Numbered from the stretch's first letter, positions 52,757 to 63,104 are shown. The stretch: 64,000 nt of DNA from Candidatus Latescibacterota bacterium (GCA_965223905.1 CBDCXV010000009.1:224001-288000), one strand, 5' to 3'. Numbers and translations: made by a program. The notes: generated by a model from the sequence alone, not told the origin.

Positions 52757-55264
52757 ATGTTCAATCGCAAAGCGCTTCCGGCAACCGCCGCACTCGGGCT
52801 GCTGGCCCTTCTGCTGTCCATTCACCAGTACACCACCATGGCGCGGTTCGGGGTATTTCCACCCGGCTCAAGGGCAAAAAACTTCTCGGATTTTCTGACG
52901 AGGACCTTCGAAGGCATCGAGTTCGGTCCGCTGGACTACACGCTGCTCGCCGCCATAGCCAGCCTCTTCCTTGCTCTGCTGATCGCGGAACTTCGTGGCG
53001 GCTGCCTGAGCGCCATGCTGCGTGCGGTTTTTTCTGGTGAACGCGGGACGGTCATCCTGCTCGCTGCCGCCGGTTTTGTCGCCGTCCGTGCCTATCTCGG
53101 TCTGGGTGAATTTTCCTGGGGGGCGGATCAACCGCAGCACATAAGCTTCGCTCACATGGCCTCGCGCTCGATATCCGAGGGAGAGCTGCCCATCTGGACC
53201 AACTACCTGGGCACGGGCACGCCGTACCTGCAGTTCTACGGCTTCCTGTTCTTCTATCTTGTGGGGCTCGTCGATCAGCTTTGGCAGGACGTTTTCCTGT
53301 CGCTGAAAGTAGTGATGGCGGTCCTGCACGTTGCCTCGGGTGTGGCGATGTACTTGCTGGCGAGGACCGTGACGCGCTCGCGGAGCGCCGGCTTCCTCGC
53401 CGGACTGGCTTACGTGCTGAGCTTCTGGCATTACCAGCAGATCAGCATTATGGGCCGCTTCCCGCTGTCGCTTTTCTACGCCTTGCTGCCCCTGCCTTTC
53501 TACTTCTTCGAGCGCCTGTCGAGTCTCCGTCCCGCCGCGAATCGGGAGAGACTGGCGAGCGCTCTGGCGGGTGGCATCTGCTTAGGCGCCCTGGCCCTGA
53601 CACATCCCGGCTACGGCTTCTGGGCTACCGTTCTGCTGGCAGTGTACATGGGCTTGCGCCTGTTGGCTATCCCTGGGCACCAACGCCGCGGCCTGATTTC
53701 GTGGTCCGTGTTCCTGTTCGCCGGAGGCCTGGTTTTCGGGGGGTACCTGACCCTGCCGATGTGGCTGGAACGCGAGCATACGGGGCTGCACAGCAGCTTG
53801 GTGAACCTCTCTTCGATTCCGGTCCCTACGTGGCGGCACGTACTGGCCTGGTCGAACTACCGTTTCTGGGTGCTACCCCCGCCCGACCTCGATGTCAACT
53901 GGTACGGCGGGTACGTCGGACTTTCCATCGCAACCGTGGTCGCCGCCGGGGCTGTCGCCACATTTCGCAGCCGCTCCCGGGCCCTGATCCTCCGGTCTTT
54001 GCCGGCCCTCTGCTGCCTCGGGATGACGGTCGTCCTCGTCTTCGGGTACCGGTGGGAGCCCCTTCAATCCCTGCCGGTTGTGAAGATGCTGAGCGCCGGA
54101 CGCTACCTGCTGTTCACGATCTTTTTTCTCACCCTTGCCGTGGGCCCGGCGTCGCAGGGGCTGATGGTCCTTCTCCGGCGCCGGCATTGGCGGGTTCCCG
54201 CGTCGACGGTGATTCTGCTGGCGATAGCCATCGACCTCGGCCCCACGACGTTTCAGCAGCCGTACTGGATACCGCCTCCGGGCATCGATACCGAACGCGA
54301 CATGTTCGGTCAATCCCTGGAGCTGTACAAGCCGCTGCGCGCCCAGGCCGACTCCCTGGACTTGCACGGGCAGTTGCCGGGTCATCGTTCGTTCTGGAGC
54401 AGCCAGGAGTATGGCTATTCCGTGAAAGGTCAACTGTACTTCCATTCGAGGACACCAATCCCCCAATCCTTTCATCCGGGAAAGGTCAGGGCTGCTGCCG
54501 ATTTCGTATCGCCGTTCGCCCAATACTATTCCGCTGTGTTGGGCCGAATGCTCGAAGGGAGAACGGGTGAGACTCTGACTTTCCCGGAGACGGTCTTTGG
54601 CATCGACCATCACGAGGTCGCCCGGTCCGCGTTCAGCATGCTCGGAGTCAAATTCCTCATGGTTTCCAATTCCGACGGACAAACGGCTCTGAGTGACTTG
54701 GGGACTGAAGGTCCAGTGCTCGTGTCTCGGACGATTCTGCCGTTTCCTGGTGAAAAGCTTGCCCAAATCACTGCCAGCGGGGAGCCAAACGATTTCCTGA
54801 AAGCAGAAGGAGCAGATTCGGCCTTTGCAAAGGTCCTTGTCGATTCGTATTACACCCTGTTCCTGATAGCGAACACCAGGGTCAATCCGCAAACCCGGAC
54901 GTGCGAGCGGATCTTCGTGCTCGACGCCGAGGGGCAGGAGCTCTGTACGAATCCGGCCGTCAAGCTCCTCGAGCACACCGTCCGCATGCAGCGGGTCGAC
55001 CTGAAGCTGCGGGTCAGCGAGGCCTGCTTCGCGCGCCTGGCGTACTCCTGGTTCCCGCATCTGCGGGTAACCGTCGACGACCGCGAGGTCGTCCCCCTGC
55101 GCACCGCGGGCGGATTCATGGCGGTGCAACTCGAGGCCGGCGAGCACGACCTGGTCCTGGAGGCGGAGCTCTCGCCGCTGCGGCGGGGTCTGCTTGCCGT
55201 CAACCTGGCCTGCCTGGCGGCGACGGCGTACCTGTTCGCGAGCAACCGGCGCAGGAAGCAGTGA
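52757..55264 (+). CDS. YfhO/GT-C-like membrane glycosyltransferase, copy 4
   Basis: Full-length paralog. Confidence 0.7.
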   Translation: MFNRKALPATAALGLLALLLSIHQYTTMARFGVFPPGSRAKNFSDFLTRTFEGIEFGPLDYTLLAAIASLFLALLIAELRGGCLSAMLRAVFSGERGTVILLAAAGFVAVRAYLGLGEFSWGADQPQHISFAHMASRSISEGELPIWTNYLGTGTPYLQFYGFLFFYLVGLVDQLWQDVFLSLKVVMAVLHVASGVAMYLLARTVTRSRSAGFLAGLAYVLSFWHYQQISIMGRFPLSLFYALLPLPFYFFERLSSLRPAANRERLASALAGGICLGALALTHPGYGFWATVLLAVYMGLRLLAIPGHQRRGLISWSVFLFAGGLVFGGYLTLPMWLEREHTGLHSSLVNLSSIPVPTWRHVLAWSNYRFWVLPPPDLDVNWYGGYVGLSIATVVAAGAVATFRSRSRALILRSLPALCCLGMTVVLVFGYRWEPLQSLPVVKMLSAGRYLLFTIFFLTLAVGPASQGLMVLLRRRHWRVPASTVILLAIAIDLGPTTFQQPYWIPPPGIDTERDMFGQSLELYKPLRAQADSLDLHGQLPGHRSFWSSQEYGYSVKGQLYFHSRTPIPQSFHPGKVRAAADFVSPFAQYYSAVLGRMLEGRTGETLTFPETVFGIDHHEVARSAFSMLGVKFLMVSNSDGQTALSDLGTEGPVLVSRTILPFPGEKLAQITASGEPNDFLKAEGADSAFAKVLVDSYYTLFLIANTRVNPQTRTCERIFVLDAEGQELCTNPAVKLLEHTVRMQRVDLKLRVSEACFARLAYSWFPHLRVTVDDREVVPLRTAGGFMAVQLEAGEHDLVLEAELSPLRRGLLAVNLACLAATAYLFASNRRRKQ

Positions 55265-55353
55265 CCCGGATAGCCGACAGAATGGCAGGTGAACCCGAAG
55301 CTCCAAAAGAGCCTCGAGTATCTCCACCGCCGCGGCTTCTGTAGCGTGCCGCC

Positions 55354-57321
55354 CTACCAGTCGTGGACCCGGTGGCCCTCCACCGGAAACCAGATGACGT
55401 CGACCACTCCCGAAAGCACCACCGCCGCCACGTAGCCGATCCCCATGCCGTAGAAGAACGGCTTGCCGGCGCGGTAGGCGCGCGCGCCGCCGTAGCGGAG
55501 CAGGAGGAGCTTGGCGACCCAGACGAGGAAGAGGCTGAACCAGTAGATGCTGGTTCCCGCGGTGTGCTGGAACGCCAGCCCCATCGGGTGCAGCGGAAAC
55601 CAGTAGTAGCGGCCGCGCAGGAAAGCGAGCGCCGCGGCCTCGAAGAAGCCGGTGAGCCAGACGCCCCACTTGCCGGGATCGAACACGCGCGGGTTCTGGA
55701 TCAGGTGGGTGGTCTGGTCGTAGATCATTCTGAAGGCCCCCATCAGGTGGGTCGTGCCGCCGTGCTCGTAGGCGGTTTCGAGGCTGGCCCAGACTGCGAC
55801 CAGGAAGCCGGTGGGAAAGGCGACGAGCACCGCGGCGATCACGCGGCCCGGCTGCTCCCGCAGCGAGAAGATGCGGAAGTGGTGGGGCAGCGCCGGCCAC
55901 GCCGGCAGCCGGATGTTTCCGAAGAAGGCGTTGCCGGTGAACATCTTGAAGGCCACCACCTGCTGCGTCGAGAGCCGCGACGACCCGATCAGGTCGGTGA
56001 TCAGCGACTCCCCCTTGGCGTGGGCCCAGTTCGGCATCAGGTAGGGGAACCCGGTGGCCGCAATCAGCTTGACGACCACGAAGAAGGAGATCGCCATGGC
56101 GCCGAAGGCGATGACGGCCACCGGCAGGCTGGCCCCGAGGTGGATCCCCCAGGCGACGACGGCGGCTCCGGAAAGCACCAGGCCGGCCGAGGCCAGGCGG
56201 TAGCGCCGCACGTCCGCCCGGTCCCCCTCGCCAAAGCGCACCTGGCGCCACACCTCCTTCAGGTGCCGGCGCGCCAGCCAGACCGACCAGGCGGCGACGA
56301 AGACCATGGCGCCGTAGCTCTCCATCGACAGGATCTCCGCCCCCCGCATCTGCTGGCCCGACTCACCGACCTCGAAGCCGACGGCGTCGAGGCCCCCGAG
56401 CTTGACGACCGACAGCAGGTAGAACAGCACCAGGCTGCCGAGGATGTCCAAGGGGCACAGGTAGGTCACCGCGAGAACGAACGGCAGGACGCGGAAGCTC
56501 AGTCCCGGGAACGGCTGCGGCAGGGTTATGCCCATATGCCGCGTGTAGAGGATGAACTCCGGCAGGCCGAGGAAGAAGAAGGTGGCGACGTTGTAGAGCA
56601 GCGGCAGGAAGACGACGCCGAATCCGCCCCAGAAGAGCCGCGAGCGGAACAGGTCCGGCATGCGGCCGGCGCCGTCGAAGCCCCGGGTCATGTCGAGCGG
56701 CATCTGCGCCAGGGGAAAGCTCAGCTTCTCGGCCTCGACCCACTGGCGCTGGAAGAGGATCACGAGGCAGATGCCGAACAGGAGCATGGCCGCCGACGCC
56801 GCCAGCCACTGCAGGGTCACTCCGATCCAGCCGTCCCAGGGCAGCGGGGCCCCTTTGGGCAACCCCATCCAGAAGTTGCCGATCACCCGGGGAGTCGCTT
56901 CCGGCAGGGCGTGCCAGGGCAGGTAGGGCAGCAGCAGGTCGGCCCACTGGTTCTCGGGGGTGGCCATGTACCCGGGGGCGGCGACGATGGCGATCCAGTA
57001 GTCGCTCCAGCCCCACTGCGGCAGCGCCCCGACGATCCAGAGCATGCTGAAAACGGTCAGCAGCTCCCCCCGGGTCAGGGCCAGGCGCGGCCACAGGCGC
57101 TTGAGGAGGACGTTGGCGAACAGCCACATCACGAACGGCATCAGCGCCACCATCGGGAACTGCGAGCGCACGTAGCTGCCCGAGCCCGAGGTGTGCCCCA
57201 CCATCAGGATGAGATAGGTGAACTGGCCGGCGATGGTCAGGGCGCCGGCGAGGATGCCGCGCAGGGTGATGCGCAGGCTGGCGCCCTCGTCCGCGGCGCG
57301 CGTGCGGGGCTCTTCAGTCAC
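55354..57321 (-). CDS. DUF6785/DUF6784-type polytopic membrane protein (second paralog)
   Basis: YMATPENQW, RQWVEAEKLSFP, WFPLHPMG...PFFYG; GTG start. Confidence 0.72.
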   Translation of the reverse strand: MTEEPRTRAADEGASLRITLRGILAGALTIAGQFTYLILMVGHTSGSGSYVRSQFPMVALMPFVMWLFANVLLKRLWPRLALTRGELLTVFSMLWIVGALPQWGWSDYWIAIVAAPGYMATPENQWADLLLPYLPWHALPEATPRVIGNFWMGLPKGAPLPWDGWIGVTLQWLAASAAMLLFGICLVILFQRQWVEAEKLSFPLAQMPLDMTRGFDGAGRMPDLFRSRLFWGGFGVVFLPLLYNVATFFFLGLPEFILYTRHMGITLPQPFPGLSFRVLPFVLAVTYLCPLDILGSLVLFYLLSVVKLGGLDAVGFEVGESGQQMRGAEILSMESYGAMVFVAAWSVWLARRHLKEVWRQVRFGEGDRADVRRYRLASAGLVLSGAAVVAWGIHLGASLPVAVIAFGAMAISFFVVVKLIAATGFPYLMPNWAHAKGESLITDLIGSSRLSTQQVVAFKMFTGNAFFGNIRLPAWPALPHHFRIFSLREQPGRVIAAVLVAFPTGFLVAVWASLETAYEHGGTTHLMGAFRMIYDQTTHLIQNPRVFDPGKWGVWLTGFFEAAALAFLRGRYYWFPLHPMGLAFQHTAGTSIYWFSLFLVWVAKLLLLRYGGARAYRAGKPFFYGMGIGYVAAVVLSGVVDVIWFPVEGHRVHDW

Positions 57322-57451
57322 GGAACGGGTGTCGCAATCGAAGGTCCGGTTGCATAGATTGGCCAGCCTTCGCCGGGGCAGGGGTCGCAGGAGCGAGGAG
57401 TTCCGTTCCAATTCCGGCGGTCCCGAACGAGGATACTCAACCGGAGGATAC

Positions 57452-58561
57452 ATGCCGAAGAATACAGTACTCGAACCGGGGGTTCCCGCTGAGACCGGGC
57501 TTTCGGCCGAGCGCCTGGAGCGGGCCGCCGGCCTGCTGCAGGCGGCCCTGGAGGAAAGGGCGATTTCGGCTGCGTCGATCGCGGTCGCCAGGAGGGGAAG
57601 GCTGGTCCTTTCCCGGGGGTTCGGCCACCTGCAGCCGCGCGACGGCTCCCAGGAGGTGCAGCCGGATTCGATTTTCCTCCTCGCCTCGATCAGCAAGCCG
57701 GTGGCCGCCTGCAGCGTCATGCAGCTCGTCGACTGCGGCCTCGTCTCCCTCGACGACCCCGTCAACCTCCACATCCCCGAGTTCATCGGCTGGGAGCGGG
57801 CCAAGATACGCGTCTCCCACCTGCTGTCCCACGTCTCGGGGATGCCGGACATGCTCCCGGAGAACGTCCCCCTGCGGCGGGCGCACGCGCCGCTCAGCGC
57901 CTTCGTCGAAGGGGCGATCCGGACGCGGCTGCTCTACGAGCCCGGGACCTCGTTCCGCTACCAGAGCAAGGGGATCCTGCTGGCGGCCGAGATCGTCGAG
58001 CGCGTCACCGGCGAGCGCCTGCGCGACTTCCAGGAGCGCGAGCTGTTCGCGCCGCTGGGGATGAATCGGAGCGCCCTCGGGCTCGGCGGCTTCGCCATCC
58101 CCGACACCGTCTGGTGCGGCACCACAATGGATGAGGGCGACGAGGCGAAGAGCTGGGGGCAGAACAGCCCCTACTGGCGCGACCAGGGCCACCCCTGGGG
58201 CGGCATGCACAGCTCGGCGACCGACCTCGCGGCGCTGCTGCAGACCGTCCTCAACCGCGGCTCCTACGGCGATGCCGAGGTCTTCAGCGCGGCCGCCTGC
58301 GCGGCGATGACGGCGAACCGGAACCGCCACCTCGACGCCCCCTGGGGCCTCGGCTGGGCGCTGCGCGACTCCAAGGTCTGGAGCTTCTTCGGCGAGCTGG
58401 TGTCGGAGGGAACCTTCGGGCACGTCGGCGCCACCGGGACCGTGGCCTGGGCCGACCCCGAACGCGACCTGGTCTGCGTCGTGCTCACCAACCAGATGGT
58501 GGCCGGCGGCAGCCTGTTGAGGCGGGTGTCGAACGCCGTCGCCGCGGCGGTGGCCGACTGA
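57452..58561 (+). CDS. Serine hydrolase, beta-lactamase family
   Basis: ASISK (SxxK), LLSHVSG, PGTSFRYQS, FGHVGATG. Confidence 0.9.
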   Translation: MPKNTVLEPGVPAETGLSAERLERAAGLLQAALEERAISAASIAVARRGRLVLSRGFGHLQPRDGSQEVQPDSIFLLASISKPVAACSVMQLVDCGLVSLDDPVNLHIPEFIGWERAKIRVSHLLSHVSGMPDMLPENVPLRRAHAPLSAFVEGAIRTRLLYEPGTSFRYQSKGILLAAEIVERVTGERLRDFQERELFAPLGMNRSALGLGGFAIPDTVWCGTTMDEGDEAKSWGQNSPYWRDQGHPWGGMHSSATDLAALLQTVLNRGSYGDAEVFSAAACAAMTANRNRHLDAPWGLGWALRDSKVWSFFGELVSEGTFGHVGATGTVAWADPERDLVCVVLTNQMVAGGSLLRRVSNAVAAAVAD

Positions 58562-59517
58562 TGCCGGCGGCCATCCCCGAGTGCACCCTCGGGTCGACCG
58601 GAATAACCACCACGGCCCTGGGGATCGGCGGCTACATCGGCGGCCTGGAGCATCCCGGCGCCACCGCGGCCGAGCGCCGGGACGCCGGCGTCGCCGCGGT
58701 GCAGCGCGCCGCCGGGCTCGGCATCCGCTACTTCGACACCTCCCCGGCGTACGGGGCCGAAGGCGAGGCCCAGGAGCTGCTCGGCCTCGGGCTGCGCAGC
58801 CTGACCGAAGAGCAGCGGGCCGGGATCACCCTGTCGACGAAGGCCGGCACCCATCCCGAGCGCCACCACCGCTACGACCGCGACTCCATCCTGTGGTCGG
58901 TCGACGAGAGCTTGCGGCTGCTGTTCCGCGACCACATCGACGTTCTGCTGGTGCACGACCCGGCCGGCGACGAGCACATGGACCAGGCGCTCGCACCCGG
59001 GGGCGCGGTCGAAGCCCTCGAGGAGCTCAAGGAGCAGGGCGCCATCGGCGCCATCGGGTTGGGGGTGCAGAGCCACGCCCTGCAGCGGCGCGCCATCGAC
59101 AGCAGCCGTTTCGACGTCATCCTGCCTTCCTACGACTACCACCTGACCCGCACCAGCGCCGCTCCCCTCCTGCGGGCCGCGGCCGCCAGGGGGATCGGCG
59201 TCATCAACGCCTCCCCCTACAACGGCGGCATTCTCGCCGGGCTGCCCCCGTCGGAATCGGCGAGGCGCCGCGGCGGCTCCCCCACCGACCTCGAGGCGGC
59301 GACCAGGGTTTGGGACTGGTGCCGCGAGCGCGAGGTCGATATCGGGGCCCTGGCGGTGCAGTTCAGTTTCCGCTGCCCCGATATCGACGCCACCCTCGTC
59401 GGTCCGCGCACCGCCGCCGAGGTGGAGGAGAACGTGCGTCACGCGACCGCGGAGATCTCCCCGGAAGTCTGGGAGGAGTTCGGGCGCTTTCAGCCGAGCC
59501 TTCCCGGCATGCAGTAG
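58561..59517 (+). CDS. Aldo/keto reductase
   Basis: FDTSPAYG, LSTKAG, SLRLL..DHID...VHD. Confidence 0.9.
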   Translation: MPAAIPECTLGSTGITTTALGIGGYIGGLEHPGATAAERRDAGVAAVQRAAGLGIRYFDTSPAYGAEGEAQELLGLGLRSLTEEQRAGITLSTKAGTHPERHHRYDRDSILWSVDESLRLLFRDHIDVLLVHDPAGDEHMDQALAPGGAVEALEELKEQGAIGAIGLGVQSHALQRRAIDSSRFDVILPSYDYHLTRTSAAPLLRAAAARGIGVINASPYNGGILAGLPPSESARRRGGSPTDLEAATRVWDWCREREVDIGALAVQFSFRCPDIDATLVGPRTAAEVEENVRHATAEISPEVWEEFGRFQPSLPGMQ

Positions 59518-59529
59518 GCCCCCCGAACC

Positions 59530-60624
59530 ATGAGAATCACCGGCCTCGACATCCACGAGGTCGCCGTCGACGAGCGCCAGAGCTGGGTCTTCGTGCAGGT
59601 GCACGCCGCCGGCGGTATCAGCGGCCTCGGGGAGCTGAACCCGTCGGCGCCGCGGCGGGCCTGCCTCGACGCGGTGCGGGGAATCGGGGAAGCGCTGCAG
59701 GGCCGCGACCCGCGGCAGATCGGCGAGATCTCAGCCAGCCTCGAGCCTGAGAAGCTCGACCGCCCCGGGGTGCACGCCTTCAGCGCCGTCGAGCAGGCCC
59801 TGTGGGACATTCTGGGCAAGAGCCTGGGGAAACCGGTTCACGCCCTCTTCGGGGAGCGCCTTCACCGGGAGATCCCGTTGTACGCCAACATCACCCGGGG
59901 CACCCGCGAGCTGACCCCGCAGGCGTTCGCGCGCAGCGCCGCCGGGGCCGCGGCCGACGGCTTCGCAGCGATGAAGCTGGCCCCGTTCGGAGGGGAGCTG
60001 ATGAAGCGCGACCGGGCCGCGGCCCTCGCTAACGGCATCGAGTGCGCCCGCGCAGCGCGCGAAGCCATCGGCCCGGAGGCAGATCTGATGCTCGACTGCT
60101 ACGGGATCTTCAGCGCCGGCGAGGCCCTGGAGATCGCCCGCAGGGTGGCCGACCTCGGCCTCTTCTGGCTCGAGGAGCCGGTGGCCGAGGACGATGTCGA
60201 GGGGTACCGCCGGGTAAAGGGGGAGACCGGCCTGCGGCTGGCCGGAGGGGAGCGCTTCATGTTCCGCCGGGGATTCCGCCCGGCCCTGGATGCGGCGCTT
60301 TTCGACGTGGCGATGCCGGACGCGACCGTAGTCGGCGGCGCCGGCGAGCTGTGGAAGGTGGCCGGCATGGCCGCGGACCGGGGAATCGCCACGGCTCCGC
60401 ACGGACCGTTCGGGCCGGTGTTGACCGCGGTGCAGGCCCAGGTGATGGCGGCGCAGCCGTCGTTCCTGATCCTCGAGCACGCCTGGGGCCAGGTGCCGTG
60501 GCGGGAAGACCTGGTGCGGCCGCGCGAAAAGGTGTGGGATGGCCGGCTGCTGCTGCCCGGGGGGGCCGGTTACGGCATCGAGCTGGACCTCGAGGAGGTG
60601 TCGGCGCGCGCTCTGCGCGCCTAG
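59530..60624 (+). CDS. Mandelate racemase/muconate lactonizing (enolase superfamily) enzyme
   Basis: SAVEQALWDILGK, MLDC, WLEEP, GER, APHG. Confidence 0.88.
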   Translation: MRITGLDIHEVAVDERQSWVFVQVHAAGGISGLGELNPSAPRRACLDAVRGIGEALQGRDPRQIGEISASLEPEKLDRPGVHAFSAVEQALWDILGKSLGKPVHALFGERLHREIPLYANITRGTRELTPQAFARSAAGAAADGFAAMKLAPFGGELMKRDRAAALANGIECARAAREAIGPEADLMLDCYGIFSAGEALEIARRVADLGLFWLEEPVAEDDVEGYRRVKGETGLRLAGGERFMFRRGFRPALDAALFDVAMPDATVVGGAGELWKVAGMAADRGIATAPHGPFGPVLTAVQAQVMAAQPSFLILEHAWGQVPWREDLVRPREKVWDGRLLLPGGAGYGIELDLEEVSARALRA

Positions 60625-60940
60625 CCGCGGCAGAGCTCGGTTCGGGCCGCGGGCACGGCATGGGTCGCACGGCGCGCCCGGGAGGCCTGAATGTCGCAGC
60701 GGATTTCCTGCCTGGTCTCTTCCGCCGCACGTCGAGGCCGGCATTGGTCGACTGGCGCGCCTGGTTGCGGCAGCAGATTGCCAGCTTCGTCGTTCAAGCC
60801 CAAGGGGCCCGCACCGGTCCCGCTTGTTGCCTCGCCCGGTCCCGGGCAAATTGCCCGGCCTTCCCGCCGGAGCGAGCTTCATCCCCGCTGCCGGCGAGTG
60901 CAGCGAATTTCGACTAGCAACCAGCAACAAGGGAGACGAC

Positions 60941-61564
60941 ATGAGAGTAGTAGCAGTCGGTTGCGAGTACTCCGGGGTGAGCACGCTGATAAACCGGATC
61001 TACGCCTGGGGCCGGGAGCGGGGGATCAATCACCATCTCGATGACCACTTCACCATCCCCGACGCCTCCCACCTCGACGAGGAGGAGCAGCGGGCCATGC
61101 TCGACATGCTGCCGGCGATCAAGGAGCGCTTCCAACGCTTCCAGATCGTCTATCACATCCGCCTGCTGTACCGCTACGAACACATCCTGATGGGGGGCTT
61201 CCACATCGAGGAGGCGGTCTACGGACCGCGCTACTACTACCCCGGGAAAAACGTCCACGTCCGCGAGTACGAGCCGGACATGCCGGATGACGTGATCCTC
61301 GTGCACCTGCACGCCCGCCCCGAGGTGATCCGCCGCCGCGGCGAGAGCGATCCCCACCCGCACCAGATGGTGCCGGCCTCCGACGTCGAGGAGGTGCTGG
61401 AGCAGTTCCGCAGCGAGGTCGCCCAGTCCTGGATTCGCCGCCGGTTCGACATCGACACCTCCGACCTGACCTCCGATGAGCTGCTCGAGCAGTTCCTCGA
61501 GCGCTCGATTCCCCAACTGAACCCCACCGACGCCCTCACCCGCCTCCAGACCCGGGAGAGCTGA
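60941..61564 (+). CDS. Hypothetical P-loop (NMP-kinase-like) protein with a degenerate Walker A
   Basis: MRVVAVGCEYSGVSTL; LVHLHARPEVIRRR; IDTS; RBS gggag. Confidence 0.6.
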   Translation: MRVVAVGCEYSGVSTLINRIYAWGRERGINHHLDDHFTIPDASHLDEEEQRAMLDMLPAIKERFQRFQIVYHIRLLYRYEHILMGGFHIEEAVYGPRYYYPGKNVHVREYEPDMPDDVILVHLHARPEVIRRRGESDPHPHQMVPASDVEEVLEQFRSEVAQSWIRRRFDIDTSDLTSDELLEQFLERSIPQLNPTDALTRLQTRES

Positions 61565-61566
61565 AA

Positions 61567-62715
61567 ATGAAGATCGTCGACATCGGAGCCGTCCTGCTTC
61601 AACCGACCCCGTGGGTGCTGGTGAAGGTGCGCACCGACGAGGGGATCACCGGCATCGGCGAGGCCTACCACGGAGCCGGCGTCCACCACATCGCCGTCGA
61701 CGAGCGCCTCACCCGGCGCGCCCTCATCGGCCAGGACCCGCGCAACGTCGACAGGCTCTTCCGGGACATGAAGAGCTCGATGTCGGCATCGGGGTATTAC
61801 CAGGGAGCGGTGATGAGCGCCATCAGCGGCATCGAGATGGCCCTGTGGGAAATCACCGGGCAGGCGCTCGGGGTGCCGATCTGGCAACTGCTCGGAGGGG
61901 CCTGGCGCGACTCCATCCGCATCTACAACGACTGCCACGCCGGGGAAGACGAGGAGGACCCCGCCTCCTGGGCGGCCAAGGCGAAAGCGGTGGAAGCGCG
62001 CGGCTTCGACGCCGTCAAGTTCGACATCGACCCGCGCCCCGACCGACGCGAACGCTACAACCGCACCATGAGCAACCGCGACATCGCCTTCCACGTCGAG
62101 GTGGTCACGGCGATCCGCGAGGCCCTTGATCCGAACACCGACCTGCTCATCGACGCCCACTGGGCCTACGCCCCTCACGACATCCTCAAGGTCGCCTACG
62201 CGTTCGAGGAGCTGGACCTGATGTGGCTGGAAGACCCGATTCCCGCGGAGAACGTCGCCGCCCTCAAGGAGGTGAAGGCGGCGACGCGCGTCCCGATCTG
62301 CACCGGCGAGAACCTGTACACCCGGCACGGGTTCCGCGAGCTAGTCGAGACCCAGGCGACCGACATCATCTCCCCCGACCTCGCCAAGGCGGGCGGCCTG
62401 TCCGAAGGTCGGCGCATCGCCGACCTGGCCGACATCTACTACATGCCGATCTCACCCCACAACATCTGCAGTCCGATCGGCACGATGGCGATGGCCCACG
62501 TCTGCGCCGCTTCCCCCAACTTCCAGCTTCTCGAGTTCCACCACCTCGACAACGAGGTCTGGAACAGCCTGACGGTGGAGCGCGACCTGATCGTCGACGG
62601 ACACATCCCCCTGCCGCGCGCTCCCGGTCTCGGCGTCACCCTCGACGAGGAGACGGCGCGCCGCGCCGCGCGCGAGGACCTGGGGTTCTTCGATGAGGAG
62701 GGCGACGGGGGGTAG
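61567..62715 (+). CDS. Mandelate racemase/galactonate dehydratase-like enolase
   Basis: VRTDEGITGIGE, SGIEMALW, KFD, IDAH, WLEDP, TGEN, SPHN, PGLG. Confidence 0.9.
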   Translation: MKIVDIGAVLLQPTPWVLVKVRTDEGITGIGEAYHGAGVHHIAVDERLTRRALIGQDPRNVDRLFRDMKSSMSASGYYQGAVMSAISGIEMALWEITGQALGVPIWQLLGGAWRDSIRIYNDCHAGEDEEDPASWAAKAKAVEARGFDAVKFDIDPRPDRRERYNRTMSNRDIAFHVEVVTAIREALDPNTDLLIDAHWAYAPHDILKVAYAFEELDLMWLEDPIPAENVAALKEVKAATRVPICTGENLYTRHGFRELVETQATDIISPDLAKAGGLSEGRRIADLADIYYMPISPHNICSPIGTMAMAHVCAASPNFQLLEFHHLDNEVWNSLTVERDLIVDGHIPLPRAPGLGVTLDEETARRAAREDLGFFDEEGDGG

Positions 62716-63010
62716 AGGGAGAGGCTGATGCCTTCGGATAAGTCCGGGCACGAAACGGGGGCAACGCCGCGAGACCAGAGCGCGGCCGGAAATGCGCGGG
62801 AAGTTCCCGGGCTGGCGGAGCCGCTGGGCCCGCACAGACCACGGCTCCGAACGGCGCGCCCATACAAGTGGCGTCGCCGGGCTAGTGGTTCACCGACGTA
62901 GTAATGCTGGATAGAGGAGGTGCAGCTTGATGCGCGCATCCTCGGTGGTGAATTGCCTTGTGCGCGCAGGTGTGAAAATCTTTACTCCGCAACGCTACAT
63001 TGACGGACCA

Positions 63011-63104
63011 CTAGCGGACCAGAAGGTGCCGGCGTGAGCTGCTGGTCCCGTCTTCACGTTAGAAGAGGTATACGCCGCTGGCGCGGTCCGGCCCCGGTCG
63101 CTGG
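63011..63104 (-). repeat. Degenerate copy of the 3' end of the adjacent S8 protease gene
   Basis: Minus strand gccagcggcgtatacctc...aagacggg-accagcagctc...gtccgctag vs gene gccagcggggtctatctc...aagacggggaaccagcagctc...gtccgctaa. Confidence 0.75.

Noticed and set aside
44824-55264. Diversity-generating retroelement as the cause of GT-C variation
   Set aside because: No reverse transcriptase and no TR/VR pair with adenine-specific differences was seen; variation is block-wise
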